Assembly: GCA_030699385.1 (NCBI GenBank)
Contig: JAUYMY010000008.1
Span: 923-64,922 of the forward strand
Source of the DNA: Methylobacter sp.
GTDB taxonomy: Bacteria; Pseudomonadota; Gammaproteobacteria; Methylococcales; Methylomonadaceae
Length of the DNA: 64,000 nucleotides
Direction: 5' to 3'
In this document: positions 10,397 to 20,704 of the stretch, piece after piece
Position numbering within the stretch: the stretch's first letter is position 1
How the letters are laid out: every line of letters starts with the position of its first letter
Program-made: the position numbers and the translations under genes
The notes under the pieces: model-generated
Told to the model about the DNA's origin: nothing
Database searches by the model: none
Seen by the model: the letters and a program-made list of their open reading frames with translations, nothing else

Positions 10397-11206
10397 ATGA
10401 GCAAATGTGCAGCCATACAAATGGCATCAAGCCCCAATATCAGCGCCAATTTGCTGGAAGCCGAAAAGCTGATCGCGGAAGCGGTTAAAGCCGGGGCAAA
10501 ACTGGTGGCATTACCGGAAAATTTCGCCTTAATGGGTGACCATGAGCGCGACAAAATCGACGCCAAAGAAGTCGATGGTACAGGGCCAATCCAGACATTT
10601 TTAGCATCGGTGGCGAAAAAATATGCCGTTTGGGTAGTTGGCGGCACCATTCCGATAGCAGGCGACGACAGCAACAAAGTGCGGGCGGCGTGCCTGGTTT
10701 ACAACGACCAGGGCGAACGCGTGGCGCGCTATGACAAGGTACATTTGTTTGACGTCAACGTGCCCGGCAGTGACGAGGTTTACCGCGAATCCGATTCTAT
10801 CGAACCGGGTTCGGGTTCGTTGGTGATTGACACGCCATTCGGTCGCATCGGCATTGCGGTCTGTTATGACCTGCGTTTTCCCGAATTTTTCCGCAACATG
10901 GGCATGGAAATCCTGATTATTCCGTCGGCTTTTACCGCCGAGACCGGCGCCGCGCATTGGGAATTGCTGCTGCGCGCCCGCGCCGTGGAAAATCTGTGTT
11001 ATGTGATCGCACCAAACCAGGGCGGTTTTCACTTAAATGGCCGCAAAACCTTTGGTCACAGCATGATCATCGACCCGTGGGGCGTGGTGTTGGACTGTTA
11101 TAAAACCGGCGGCGGCTTCGTTTCTGCCGAAATAGATAGAGAACGGCTGGAAAAAGTGCGCAGCGCATTTCCGGCCTTGAACCATCGTCGTTTCTTTTGT
11201 GAGTGA
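10397..11206 (+). CDS. Carbon-nitrogen hydrolase (Nit1-like, deaminated glutathione amidase)
   Basis: LPENF, YDKVHLFD and VCYDLRFPE motifs give the E-K-C triad. Confidence 0.9.
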   Translation: MSKCAAIQMASSPNISANLLEAEKLIAEAVKAGAKLVALPENFALMGDHERDKIDAKEVDGTGPIQTFLASVAKKYAVWVVGGTIPIAGDDSNKVRAACLVYNDQGERVARYDKVHLFDVNVPGSDEVYRESDSIEPGSGSLVIDTPFGRIGIAVCYDLRFPEFFRNMGMEILIIPSAFTAETGAAHWELLLRARAVENLCYVIAPNQGGFHLNGRKTFGHSMIIDPWGVVLDCYKTGGGFVSAEIDRERLEKVRSAFPALNHRRFFCE

Positions 11207-11207
11207 T

Positions 11208-11798
11208 ATGCGCAACCTCGTTAAAATTTTATTATTGAGCAGTTTTTTGCTGGCTTGCTCAACGACCGATAACGCCCATTATCGGGATATTTCCACGCTG
11301 GAGCGCCCACCGGTTATGGCGAGTAGCCGACCTAGCAGCGAGCAGCGAGTGACTGATGACAGTGTCATTCCTAAACAAACCAGCGAAAAAGGTTTAGGTA
11401 CGGCGGTCTATCTGCGCACGGAAACACCGGCACAACTGAGAATCAAACAGCCGGTTGAACAAGCCTGGCATACCTTGAATCAGGCCTTAGAGCTCAATGA
11501 TATTAAGATCACCGACCACGAACGCAATAAAGGCCATATTTATGTGAACTACGATGGTCACAGTTTATTTGATGGTGCGCTATCTTTTTTAAATGCAGGT
11601 CAAAAAGAGACAAGCTACCTGTTGTCTATCGTCGCAGACGGCGCTGAAACGGTGATAAGCGTGAGCCTGAATGGTGCTTCCGAACAAAGCAAACAAGCCT
11701 CTAATCCAGACGGTTATTATGAGACGCCTGACGATGCCTCGGAGGCGCTGTTAAAAAAACTGTATGTCACACTGCGTGATGATGTGGTTGGCAAGTAA
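11208..11798 (+). CDS. Lipoprotein, BamC/NlpB-like
   Basis: Lipobox LLAC; LERPP; 'AW..L..AL....IKITD..R..G.IYV' resembles a BamC helix-grip domain. Confidence 0.55.
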   Translation: MRNLVKILLLSSFLLACSTTDNAHYRDISTLERPPVMASSRPSSEQRVTDDSVIPKQTSEKGLGTAVYLRTETPAQLRIKQPVEQAWHTLNQALELNDIKITDHERNKGHIYVNYDGHSLFDGALSFLNAGQKETSYLLSIVADGAETVISVSLNGASEQSKQASNPDGYYETPDDASEALLKKLYVTLRDDVVGK

Positions 11799-11854
11799 CA
11801 AGACTGCTTTTCACGGCTGTCCTCCCCTTTTTTAAACCTTATTTTGATGTAGTG

Positions 11855-13306
11855 ATGGAATTATTAAACCTTGCAAGACACGCCATTTTGACGCCTGCCG
11901 GTATTCAGGACGGCGATATTGAAAAAATTATGGGCCGCTTGCTCAGTTCGCCGGTGGATGCAGCGGATATTTACTTTCAGTCCAGCCATTTTGAATCCTG
12001 GGTCATGGAAGGCGGCATCATTAAAGAAGGCAGTCATAGCATCGAACAGGGCGCCGGTGTGCGCGCCGTGTGCGGCGAAAAGACCGGCTTTGCCTACAGC
12101 GACCGCATTGAACTGCCGGTATTGCTGGAGGCGGCTACTAATGTGAAAGCCATCGTCCGACAAGGCCAGGGCGCCAAGCCCTTGCAGTGCAAGATCAACA
12201 CAAAAACAGGTAACTGGCCCAACTATTACGCGGCGCAAAATCCGTTAAAATCACTGGAAGACGCACAAAAAATCGACTTGCTGCATCAGGTCGACAGCGA
12301 AACCCGCAAGCTGGACAGTCGCATTGAAGAAGTGATCGTCAGTTTGGTCGGCGTGCATGAGCATATTTTGGTGGCGCGGCAAGACGGCTCTTTAGTGGCC
12401 GACGTGCGCCCGCTGGTGCGGATGAATGTCACCGTCATCGTCGAACACAAAGGCCAGCGCGAACAGGGCAGCATGGGCGGCGGCGGACGTAGCGATTACA
12501 CCTATTTTGTCGATCAGGACACTGCGCTGGGCTATGGCCGCGAAGCCGTCAGACAGGCGCTGGTCAATCTGGACGCTATCGATGCGCCGGCCGGTAACAT
12601 GACCGTGGTGTTGGGTTCGGGTTGGCCGGGTATTTTGTTGCATGAAGCCATCGGCCACGGCCTCGAAGGCGATTTCAACCGCAAAGGCACTTCGGCCTTC
12701 AGTGGCCGGGTTGGCGAACGGGTAGCATCGGATTTATGCACCGTGGTCGATGACGGCACCTTGCCGGGGCGGCGCGGCTCGTTAAGTATCGATGATGAAG
12801 GTACGCCGACCGAACAAACCGTATTGATCGAAAACGGCATCCTCAAAGGCTACATGCAGGACAACCTCAATGCCCGCTTAATGGGCGTTCAATCGACCGG
12901 CAACGGACGGCGCGAATCCTACGCCCACCTGCCGATGCCGCGCATGACCAACACCTACATGCTGCCGGGGCAACACGATCCCGAAGAAATCATCAAATCG
13001 GTCAAAAAAGGCTTGTATGCCAAAAACTTCGGCGGCGGCCAAGTCGACATTACCTCGGGCAAATTCGTCTTTTCCGCCAGCGAAGCTTATTTGATTGAAA
13101 ACGGCAAAATCACCCGTGCGGTTAAAGGCGCGACACTGATAGGCAACGGCCCGGATGTGCTTACCAAAGTATCCATGGTCGGCACCGATCTAGCGCTAGA
13201 CAGCGGCGTTGGCAGTTGCGGCAAAGACGGACAAAGCGTACCGGTCGGCGTCGGCCAGCCCACATTGAAAATTGACGGCCTCACCGTTGGCGGCACCAGC
13301 GTTTAG
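11855..13306 (+). CDS. tldD: Metalloprotease TldD
   Basis: [11 protein letters not shown] zinc motif, [24 protein letters not shown]. Confidence 0.95.
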   Translation: MELLNLARHAILTPAGIQDGDIEKIMGRLLSSPVDAADIYFQSSHFESWVMEGGIIKEGSHSIEQGAGVRAVCGEKTGFAYSDRIELPVLLEAATNVKAIVRQGQGAKPLQCKINTKTGNWPNYYAAQNPLKSLEDAQKIDLLHQVDSETRKLDSRIEEVIVSLVGVHEHILVARQDGSLVADVRPLVRMNVTVIVEHKGQREQGSMGGGGRSDYTYFVDQDTALGYGREAVRQALVNLDAIDAPAGNMTVVLGSGWPGILLHEAIGHGLEGDFNRKGTSAFSGRVGERVASDLCTVVDDGTLPGRRGSLSIDDEGTPTEQTVLIENGILKGYMQDNLNARLMGVQSTGNGRRESYAHLPMPRMTNTYMLPGQHDPEEIIKSVKKGLYAKNFGGGQVDITSGKFVFSASEAYLIENGKITRAVKGATLIGNGPDVLTKVSMVGTDLALDSGVGSCGKDGQSVPVGVGQPTLKIDGLTVGGTSV

Positions 13307-13571
13307 GCGATGTTCCATGGCCTGTAGAACGCATCCTAAATGGCTGCCGGCAGAAGTTCATCTATCAATTCACGATAAATTATGAGAGAATTTTGAACTT
13401 TTTTTGAGCTTGTAGCTGCCTAATAATGAGATCTGAAATTTTGTAAGGGTGCCTTCCTGTTCACCGCTGTTTCAGTTTTTTCATCAATTTTTGAACTGGA
13501 TTCTGCCGGTAAAATCACGCATCAGCCTACTGATGCGACAATCATTTTTAACCGATTTCAATGACAATTTT

Positions 13572-14732
13572 ATGATCTACGACACCATTATAGTCGGCGC
13601 CGGTTTTGCCGGCGCTGTCTTGGCCGAGAGGCTCGCCAGCCAAAACAACCAGCGTGTGCTGATTATCGAAAAACGCCGCCACACCGGCGGCAATTGTTAC
13701 GACTGCTATGATGAGCACGGTGTTTTAATTCATCGCTATGGCCCGCATTTATTTCATACGTCAAACCGCGATGTGTTCCAGTATTTAAGCCAATTTACCG
13801 ACTGGCATCATTATGAGCACAGTGTGCTTGCTTATATTGACGGGCAAAAAGTGCCGGTACCGTTTAACCTGAATACCTTGGCCGCGTTATTTCCGACCCG
13901 CCTGGTTCAGTCTCTGGAAGCAAAACTGATCGACCGCTACGGTTATGGCGCTAAAGTGCCTATTTTGACGTTACGCGAACAAGACGATCCGGAGTTAAAA
14001 TTTTTGGCCGATTTTATCTACGATAAAATGTTTGTTAATTACACAGCAAAACAATGGGGCTGCAAACCTGAGGAAATATCACCGGAAGTCACCGCGCGCG
14101 TGCCTGTGCATATTTCACGGGACAACCGTTATTTTCAGGATAGTTATCAGGCTTTACCTAAACAAGGTTATAGCCGGTTGTTTGACAATATGCTCGCGCA
14201 TCCCAATATCAGCGTGTTGCTCAATACCGATTACAAGGATGTGTTGGCCATTGATGTTGATCAGCAAACGATTTCCGCCTTTGGTACACCGTTTAAGGGA
14301 CAACTCATTTATACCGGTCTGGTTGACGAGTTGTTTGGCTATCGCTTTGGCGAGTTACCCTATCGCTCTCTGCAATTTCAATTCGAGCATTTTAACGAAG
14401 ATTTTTTCCAGGACGCAACAACCGTCAATTACCCTAACAATCATGACTTTACCCGCATAACCGAGTTTAAGCGCGCCAGTGGGCAAAAAGTGCAGGGTAC
14501 GACCACTCTTAAAGAATTCCCGCAAAATTACGACCCGCGCGATAGCGCTAAAAATATCCCTTATTATCCGATTTTCACCGATCAAAATGCGGCGCTGTTT
14601 CAGCAATATCAAGAGCTTTCAACCTCTTTCAGCGCGCTTACCTTGGTTGGGCGTCTGGCGGAATATCGCTATTATGATATGGATGATATTGTTGAACGGG
14701 CGCTACAGGTTTTTGCCGATAAATTCGCTTGA
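13572..14732 (+). CDS. glf: UDP-galactopyranose mutase
   Basis: IVGAGFAG FAD motif, HRYGPHLFHT, GRLAEYRYYDMD. Confidence 0.95.
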   Translation: MIYDTIIVGAGFAGAVLAERLASQNNQRVLIIEKRRHTGGNCYDCYDEHGVLIHRYGPHLFHTSNRDVFQYLSQFTDWHHYEHSVLAYIDGQKVPVPFNLNTLAALFPTRLVQSLEAKLIDRYGYGAKVPILTLREQDDPELKFLADFIYDKMFVNYTAKQWGCKPEEISPEVTARVPVHISRDNRYFQDSYQALPKQGYSRLFDNMLAHPNISVLLNTDYKDVLAIDVDQQTISAFGTPFKGQLIYTGLVDELFGYRFGELPYRSLQFQFEHFNEDFFQDATTVNYPNNHDFTRITEFKRASGQKVQGTTTLKEFPQNYDPRDSAKNIPYYPIFTDQNAALFQQYQELSTSFSALTLVGRLAEYRYYDMDDIVERALQVFADKFA

Positions 14733-14758
14733 ATAACGCTTTTATCCCACGGTAACTC

Positions 14759-15655
14759 ATGTCGGCAACTATTAAACTCAGCATTGTCTTTCTCAATTTT
14801 AATCGCCTGGATGAAACCCATTCTACGGTGCAACAATTGCTTGCCATGTGCAAAGGGCGGGACGACGTTGAGATTATCGCGGTTGACAACGGCTCGACCG
14901 ACGGCACAGCCGACTATCTAAAGCAGCAACACGGCATTGTTTCAATTCTGCTGCACGATAATGGCGGTATTGCCGGTTATAATCAGGGCTTTAAGCAGGC
15001 GTCAGGCGATTTTATCCTGGTTCTCGATGATGATTCCTGTCCTGACACTATCGATTCGATTGACCGGGCTATCGACATTTTATCGACGAACCCTGAATTG
15101 GGCTTGCTGGCCTTTTGTATCGAATCGCCCGACGGCCAATTGCAAACCAGCTGGCATTTGCCGCAAACTCAAGCGTACGGGCCGTCCCCGTTCTTTATCG
15201 GTTGCGGCTTTATGATCAGGCGTTCATTGTTCGAAAAAATAGGCTGGTACCCTGCTGATTTTTTTCTCTATCAAAATGAAATTGAGGTCAGCTTTCAAGT
15301 CCGGCTGCAAGGCTATCAGATTTTTTATGACCCGGAATGCCGCGTCATTCATCGCGGCATTCCCAATAACCGCCCCGGTTGGCGTCGGGTATTCTATCCG
15401 ACACGCAACACGCTATGGTTAATACGCCGCTATTACCCGCAACCCCAGGCCAGCTATTTGCTGTGTTCGCGGCTAATCATCGGTTTTGTTAGGGCCGTTT
15501 ATTTTAAAGAGCTTGGCGCTTATTGGCGCGCTGTCAAAGAGGGCCTGAACACGCCGGTGGTAAAAAATAGTTTACCCGCTGCGCTACGCCATGATTTTTT
15601 GGTTTTTTATCAACAAAACAGTATTTTTCATCAGCTATTTAGGCAACGACCATGA
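14759..15655 (+). CDS. Glycosyltransferase family 2
   Basis: VDNGSTDGT, LDDD, FFLYQNE. Confidence 0.88.
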   Translation: MSATIKLSIVFLNFNRLDETHSTVQQLLAMCKGRDDVEIIAVDNGSTDGTADYLKQQHGIVSILLHDNGGIAGYNQGFKQASGDFILVLDDDSCPDTIDSIDRAIDILSTNPELGLLAFCIESPDGQLQTSWHLPQTQAYGPSPFFIGCGFMIRRSLFEKIGWYPADFFLYQNEIEVSFQVRLQGYQIFYDPECRVIHRGIPNNRPGWRRVFYPTRNTLWLIRRYYPQPQASYLLCSRLIIGFVRAVYFKELGAYWRAVKEGLNTPVVKNSLPAALRHDFLVFYQQNSIFHQLFRQRP

Positions 15656-17058
15656 GTACCACACCACGCATTTCAGTCATTATCGTCACCTGGAATAAAA
15701 AAGATTACGTCATTGATTTGTTAAATTCACTGTCTAATCTCGACTTTCCCAGAACGCAACTCGATATTACAGTGGTCGATAATGCCAGCAGTGACGGTAC
15801 TGTTGAAGCGCTGCAGCGGCTCTTTCCTGATGTGCATTTATTGGTTAATGCTGAAAATATCGGCGGTACCGGTGGTTTTAATACCGGCCTGAGCTGGGCC
15901 TTTAGCCAGCCTGAAGACCGCTATGACTACCTGTGGCTGCTGGATAATGATGTTGTTGTTCATAAACATGCGCTATCGGCACTGTTAACGGTGCTTGAGC
16001 AGAATCCGGATGTCGCCGTGGCCGGTTCGACCATGATGCAGCTTGATTATCCCTGGCGCATTAATGAAATGGGCGCTTTTATTGATCGCGGTCGAGGCGG
16101 GTTAATACTCAATCGGCATCATGAAGAAATTCCCGGCTGGCGTGAAAAACCGCTGGAACAACTATTGAGCAGCGATGTCGATTTAAGTACCTTACTACTG
16201 CATTGCCAACCGACCATGGATGTTGATTATGTCGCGGCCGCCTCGTTATTAATCCGTGCGCCTGTCGCTAAAAAGGCCGGCCTGTGGCAGGATTTCTTTA
16301 TTCATTTTGACGATGTCGAATGGTGTTTACGCATTGCCGAAATGGGGCATCGAATACTCGTTTCGCCGCGTTCGTTAATCTGGCATTTATCGGCGGCCGC
16401 GAAAGTACCCAGTTGGATTTTATATTACGACAACCGTAATATTTTATATTTGCTGCAGAAACATAGTAATGCCGAGGCAGTTAAAGGCACTGCCCGCCGG
16501 ATTATTATAAAGGCATTATATTATATGCTGCTGGGAAAGCCGGATTTGGCTCAACTGCATTTAACCGCTGTCGCTGATTTCAAACAACAGGTTACAGGAA
16601 AAAAAGCCATCAATTTAGCTGATAAACTTCAGCCTATAGCGGAAATAGACGCCATAGTACGAGATCCTTCTTGTAAATCCATATTAATTCCCTTCACGGT
16701 TAATCTACAAGCGACGGGTATTCAATCAGCCTTAGTTAAAGCGATGAAACAGCGTAATGACCTGCGTATATTTTATTTATGCCCACCGGCAAATGTAGCC
16801 TATCCGCAATGCCAGCTTCCTGGCGCCATACCGATTCATATTCCGCAATTTAAATTAATGCGATACTGGAAATACTTTAAATTACGCAGTCAGTTTGATA
16901 TTGTTTTTCAGTCAGATTATCAACCTATTCTGCCGTTATCATGGATTGCGAAACAAACATTGTTTATTAATGATGAATATTTCTGTTTACGACGCAGCCC
17001 CTGCCTGAGCGATCTCGTTAAAACCTTGCCTGTTCTCTTACGTCAGTATTTTTCATAA
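15652..17058 (+). CDS. Glycosyltransferase family 2 (galactofuranosyltransferase-like)
   Basis: VDNASSDGT, NIGGTGGFN, LLDND, FFIHFDDVEW; next to glf. Confidence 0.85.
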   Translation: MSTTPRISVIIVTWNKKDYVIDLLNSLSNLDFPRTQLDITVVDNASSDGTVEALQRLFPDVHLLVNAENIGGTGGFNTGLSWAFSQPEDRYDYLWLLDNDVVVHKHALSALLTVLEQNPDVAVAGSTMMQLDYPWRINEMGAFIDRGRGGLILNRHHEEIPGWREKPLEQLLSSDVDLSTLLLHCQPTMDVDYVAAASLLIRAPVAKKAGLWQDFFIHFDDVEWCLRIAEMGHRILVSPRSLIWHLSAAAKVPSWILYYDNRNILYLLQKHSNAEAVKGTARRIIIKALYYMLLGKPDLAQLHLTAVADFKQQVTGKKAINLADKLQPIAEIDAIVRDPSCKSILIPFTVNLQATGIQSALVKAMKQRNDLRIFYLCPPANVAYPQCQLPGAIPIHIPQFKLMRYWKYFKLRSQFDIVFQSDYQPILPLSWIAKQTLFINDEYFCLRRSPCLSDLVKTLPVLLRQYFS

Positions 17059-17172
17059 TATTGGATATTTAATATTTATAAGCCAAAACAACTACCCCTT
17101 ATACATGACAGTATAAGTTTTTTTATAAACAGGGAAACTTCAATTCAGTAACGACCATTTAAGGTGCCGGCT

Positions 17173-19017
17173 ATGTATAAATCAGTTTTTATTCCAGTAG
17201 TTTTTCTTCTATCATTATCGGCACATGCTGAACTGACTCTAACTAAACTCGAAACGGTCATCGACTCCGAAGAAGTATTCGAACGGCGGGTTTATTCTTA
17301 TGATTTCGATTTTGACGTATCCGGCGAACTCCACGCGGTTTATTCAAAACCTGCAACAGCGGGCAATAAAGCGGTTATTGTGTACATGCATAAACGTCCT
17401 GGCCAAGATTGGCCGGGCGAAGAAAATAGAATCATTCTGGAGAGCGAGGGCTTATCTTCGTCGATATCGACAGCTATTCAATGCGAAAAAGTTTCTTCAA
17501 TATGCCATGTAAGTTATGTTGTTGAACGTAATTTTATTGACCATGACGGCGTGCAGCATAATAGCGGCCTGATTTACCAAAAAATCGAAAATAGTGTCCC
17601 TGGTGCCAAAGTTAGCGTTTCCTCCGGGGGCTTCCATACTCTGATGTATACAGCTCCAAATGCCGACTTAACCATTAATCAGATAAGCGGCGCTCCTGTC
17701 TTTGTACGTGAATATGAAGATTTTCTGGATCAAAATGGGGCAGTAAGAACACAGCCTTTTCCTAAAGCGTTACGCTTGCAAGTAGCCAATGGCGAAAACA
17801 GCTGGACGAATAGAGAGTATTTATTAAATTTGCCCCACGAGGAAGATTATCGATTGGCTGACTTTCTTTTTGACGGCCAACGCTTTCATATCACCTACGG
17901 AAATAAAGACGCCAATACCTTAAGAACCCGCTACCCGACGACTAATCCGCCTATTACCCAAAGCAGTAACCCGGTTTATTTTCCTGATGGCGCAGGGCAC
18001 CAATTCATACATGCTGTTGCCGATATTACCGATCTCCACACTTGGAACACCCAGACAATTGATGGTCGGGGTAATATTTCGGAAAATGAATTTTGGACTG
18101 ATTTATTAACCGGCGCCGGCAATAAAGTTCACGCCATTCATTACAATTATCACACCGATAGCGCCGGCATACACCAAGGCACCAGTACAGACTTTGCCAC
18201 TCTCGGCGAGGCAGGCTGGCAGTTATCCCCATTAGCCGGAAAAACAACCGGCGCCAGCCCACACAGAGCCGGCATGGGCACAAAAATACTGTATCGCGAT
18301 GGCGATGGTTATCACGGTTTCTGGGATAATTCACCGGACGCGCCTATCGACAGCGAATCAGCACGAGGCTCGACTATGTATCATTACAGTCCCGATGGCA
18401 AAGACTGGGAAAGTAGACAAGCCATTTTGCCTTTTTCTGTTGAAGGGAAAATTCGAGCTAAATTAATAAATAACACCGTTTTTCTGATGTTTCTTGGTGA
18501 TGCCACAGATGCCAAATTAATATTTGCCGAACTGAACCTGCCTGATACGGCAAAGCACTTAGTGGAAGTTTCGAGTGATAAAATGTTTTATGGTGCCGGT
18601 GAAACCATTCAATTTCACGCACGGCTAAATGCCGCAAAGTCGACAGCAAACCTACAAAATGACCTGTACGTCGTGGCAACAGGCCCTTATGACAAACAGT
18701 CTGACGGCTCTCTTAAAGAGACGCAATTGACCGCTTTTAACTATCTCGGCTCAGATTTAAGCTGGCATCCAATCAGTAATGTTTTTAATGCCCAACCGGC
18801 ATTGCCAAGCTTTTCTTTTACTGATTTCCATGGTTTTTTTGCCCAAACAATCGCCAAAGGCTCAAGTGGGCCATTTAAAACTCCCGGCAGGTACAGAATC
18901 TATAGTGTTGCAACAAAACAAGGCAGTTCTTTACAAAGCTTTAGCACCACTAGCCCCCTTTATCAGTATGATTTACATGTCTGTAATCAGAAAAATTGCA
19001 TGGAAATTGCGAACTAA
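17173..19017 (+). CDS. Secreted hypothetical protein, beta-rich
   Basis: Signal peptide ending ..SAHA; about 614 aa; no recognised family. Confidence 0.7.
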   Translation: MYKSVFIPVVFLLSLSAHAELTLTKLETVIDSEEVFERRVYSYDFDFDVSGELHAVYSKPATAGNKAVIVYMHKRPGQDWPGEENRIILESEGLSSSISTAIQCEKVSSICHVSYVVERNFIDHDGVQHNSGLIYQKIENSVPGAKVSVSSGGFHTLMYTAPNADLTINQISGAPVFVREYEDFLDQNGAVRTQPFPKALRLQVANGENSWTNREYLLNLPHEEDYRLADFLFDGQRFHITYGNKDANTLRTRYPTTNPPITQSSNPVYFPDGAGHQFIHAVADITDLHTWNTQTIDGRGNISENEFWTDLLTGAGNKVHAIHYNYHTDSAGIHQGTSTDFATLGEAGWQLSPLAGKTTGASPHRAGMGTKILYRDGDGYHGFWDNSPDAPIDSESARGSTMYHYSPDGKDWESRQAILPFSVEGKIRAKLINNTVFLMFLGDATDAKLIFAELNLPDTAKHLVEVSSDKMFYGAGETIQFHARLNAAKSTANLQNDLYVVATGPYDKQSDGSLKETQLTAFNYLGSDLSWHPISNVFNAQPALPSFSFTDFHGFFAQTIAKGSSGPFKTPGRYRIYSVATKQGSSLQSFSTTSPLYQYDLHVCNQKNCMEIAN

Positions 19018-19051
19018 ACTTTAAATCATATTCAAAACTGTCGACATGTAC

Positions 19052-19087
19052 CTCCTTACTCCCCTTTTAGAAAAAGGGAGTAAGGAG
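19052..19087. repeat. Intergenic hairpin (terminator or repeat remnant)
   Basis: ctccttactccc...gggagtaaggag 12-bp stem. Confidence 0.5.
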
Positions 19088-19186
19088 TGGGTTTATGACC
19101 TATTTGAAAATACCGCTCTACATAATCCTTGCTAAATACGGCACTACCCATGTGTTTTTCTTTTACTAACTTTGACTTCCTATTTT

Positions 19187-20704
19187 ATGTTTCTTTACCA
19201 AATCCGTAGTCGGCTTTCAAAAAAAACGGACGTCAATATATCCCCCGAAATATCCCCCGAACAGTCAATTAGCCGGGTTGATCATGCCGATTGGACATTA
19301 TTTGCCAGAATGGAATTTGCTGATACGCACTATAATTCCCCTAAAGCTATTGACTATCACGCATTACAACACCAAAGCCAAGGGATGAGACAGAATAGAA
19401 CGGTTATTGCGGCGGAACAATTAACGGCTAAATCAATTTATAATGCTATTGTCTCGCTAGGGCAGCAAGGCGGTGAAATCATGTTGCCGGAAGGCAGGGT
19501 TATCTTTGATCAGCCCTTGTTTTTACCTAGCAATATTTCTTTGATTGGCATAAACGGCAGAACCGATTTTATTTTTCGCGATACCGATTACGGAATTGTT
19601 GTGCAGGGCTCAAATACCGCTCCTATAACGAATGTCGCAATTAAAAACTTAAGAATATTCCATGAAGGTGAGCATAAATTTTGCGCGGCTTTGCTGGCCA
19701 CACATACTGTTGGATTAAGCTTTGAAAATCTGGATATTATATCGCCTCGCGCAGTAGGTTTTTTGTTGGCCGATAATGTTCTGGAAACCCGCTTTAATCA
19801 GTGCCATGTATCTGATGCCGGGTTAGTAGGCTTTATGTTTATCCGTGATGTCCGTGAAACCGTGCTACAAAACTGCAGCGCTGAGTTTTGCCAACAAAGC
19901 GGTGTTTTTTTAACCGATTTGAAACTGCCCGACCATATTGACCCGTTGGATTTTGCCGCCCAATTACACCATACCGATCAAATTATTGGCAATTTCGCCC
20001 CTTTTTCTGCAAATGACCCGTCACCTTTTCGTACCGATATTATTAATTGCGTATTTAAAAATAATAGAAAAATGGGCATCACCACCGATGGTGTCGGTTA
20101 CTTAAGCGTTAAAAATACCGTCATCGCCCATAATGACTGCGAAGGCATCACCCTAGATAATGGTTCATGGGGATGTTCAATACAAAATTGCCATATTTAC
20201 AATAACGGTTGGCGTGGGCGACAAGTCGAAATGGAACTGGGCATCGATTTTGTCAGGGAAATGGGCTTGATGGCTGACGGCAGTTCAAAAGCCAAACTGC
20301 CTGGCGTTAGTATTGACAATGCGGTTTATACCCGGATTGAGAATAACCATATTGAATGTAATTGGGGCGATGGCATCAAGTTAGTTCGCGCCGGCGTTTC
20401 CAGCTCTATTCTTAATAACCTGATTGAACATAATAATCGGGGCTTGAATGACAAGTTCCATTTTTTTGGCATCTTATTGGGCGTCGCACAAAAGCAGCAC
20501 CCTCTTCAGGATGATTTTCCCAGTTGCAACAACAAGATCATGGGCAATGACATTCTCGGCGCCCATTTTGCCGGCATCCATCTGATGCCGGGCGTAACAG
20601 GTAATGTTGTTATCGATAATCATATTCGCGGAGCCAGCTTTGAAGCCATCGAAGACCATGTTAAATCAGGCAACCTCATTGAAACAGCCGAGCAGCCCCG
20701 TTAA
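19187..20704 (+). CDS. Right-handed parallel beta-helix (pectate-lyase-like) protein
   Basis: GGEIMLPEG N-terminus; repeated I.N..I..N...GI strands. Confidence 0.8.
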   Translation: MFLYQIRSRLSKKTDVNISPEISPEQSISRVDHADWTLFARMEFADTHYNSPKAIDYHALQHQSQGMRQNRTVIAAEQLTAKSIYNAIVSLGQQGGEIMLPEGRVIFDQPLFLPSNISLIGINGRTDFIFRDTDYGIVVQGSNTAPITNVAIKNLRIFHEGEHKFCAALLATHTVGLSFENLDIISPRAVGFLLADNVLETRFNQCHVSDAGLVGFMFIRDVRETVLQNCSAEFCQQSGVFLTDLKLPDHIDPLDFAAQLHHTDQIIGNFAPFSANDPSPFRTDIINCVFKNNRKMGITTDGVGYLSVKNTVIAHNDCEGITLDNGSWGCSIQNCHIYNNGWRGRQVEMELGIDFVREMGLMADGSSKAKLPGVSIDNAVYTRIENNHIECNWGDGIKLVRAGVSSSILNNLIEHNNRGLNDKFHFFGILLGVAQKQHPLQDDFPSCNNKIMGNDILGAHFAGIHLMPGVTGNVVIDNHIRGASFEAIEDHVKSGNLIETAEQPR

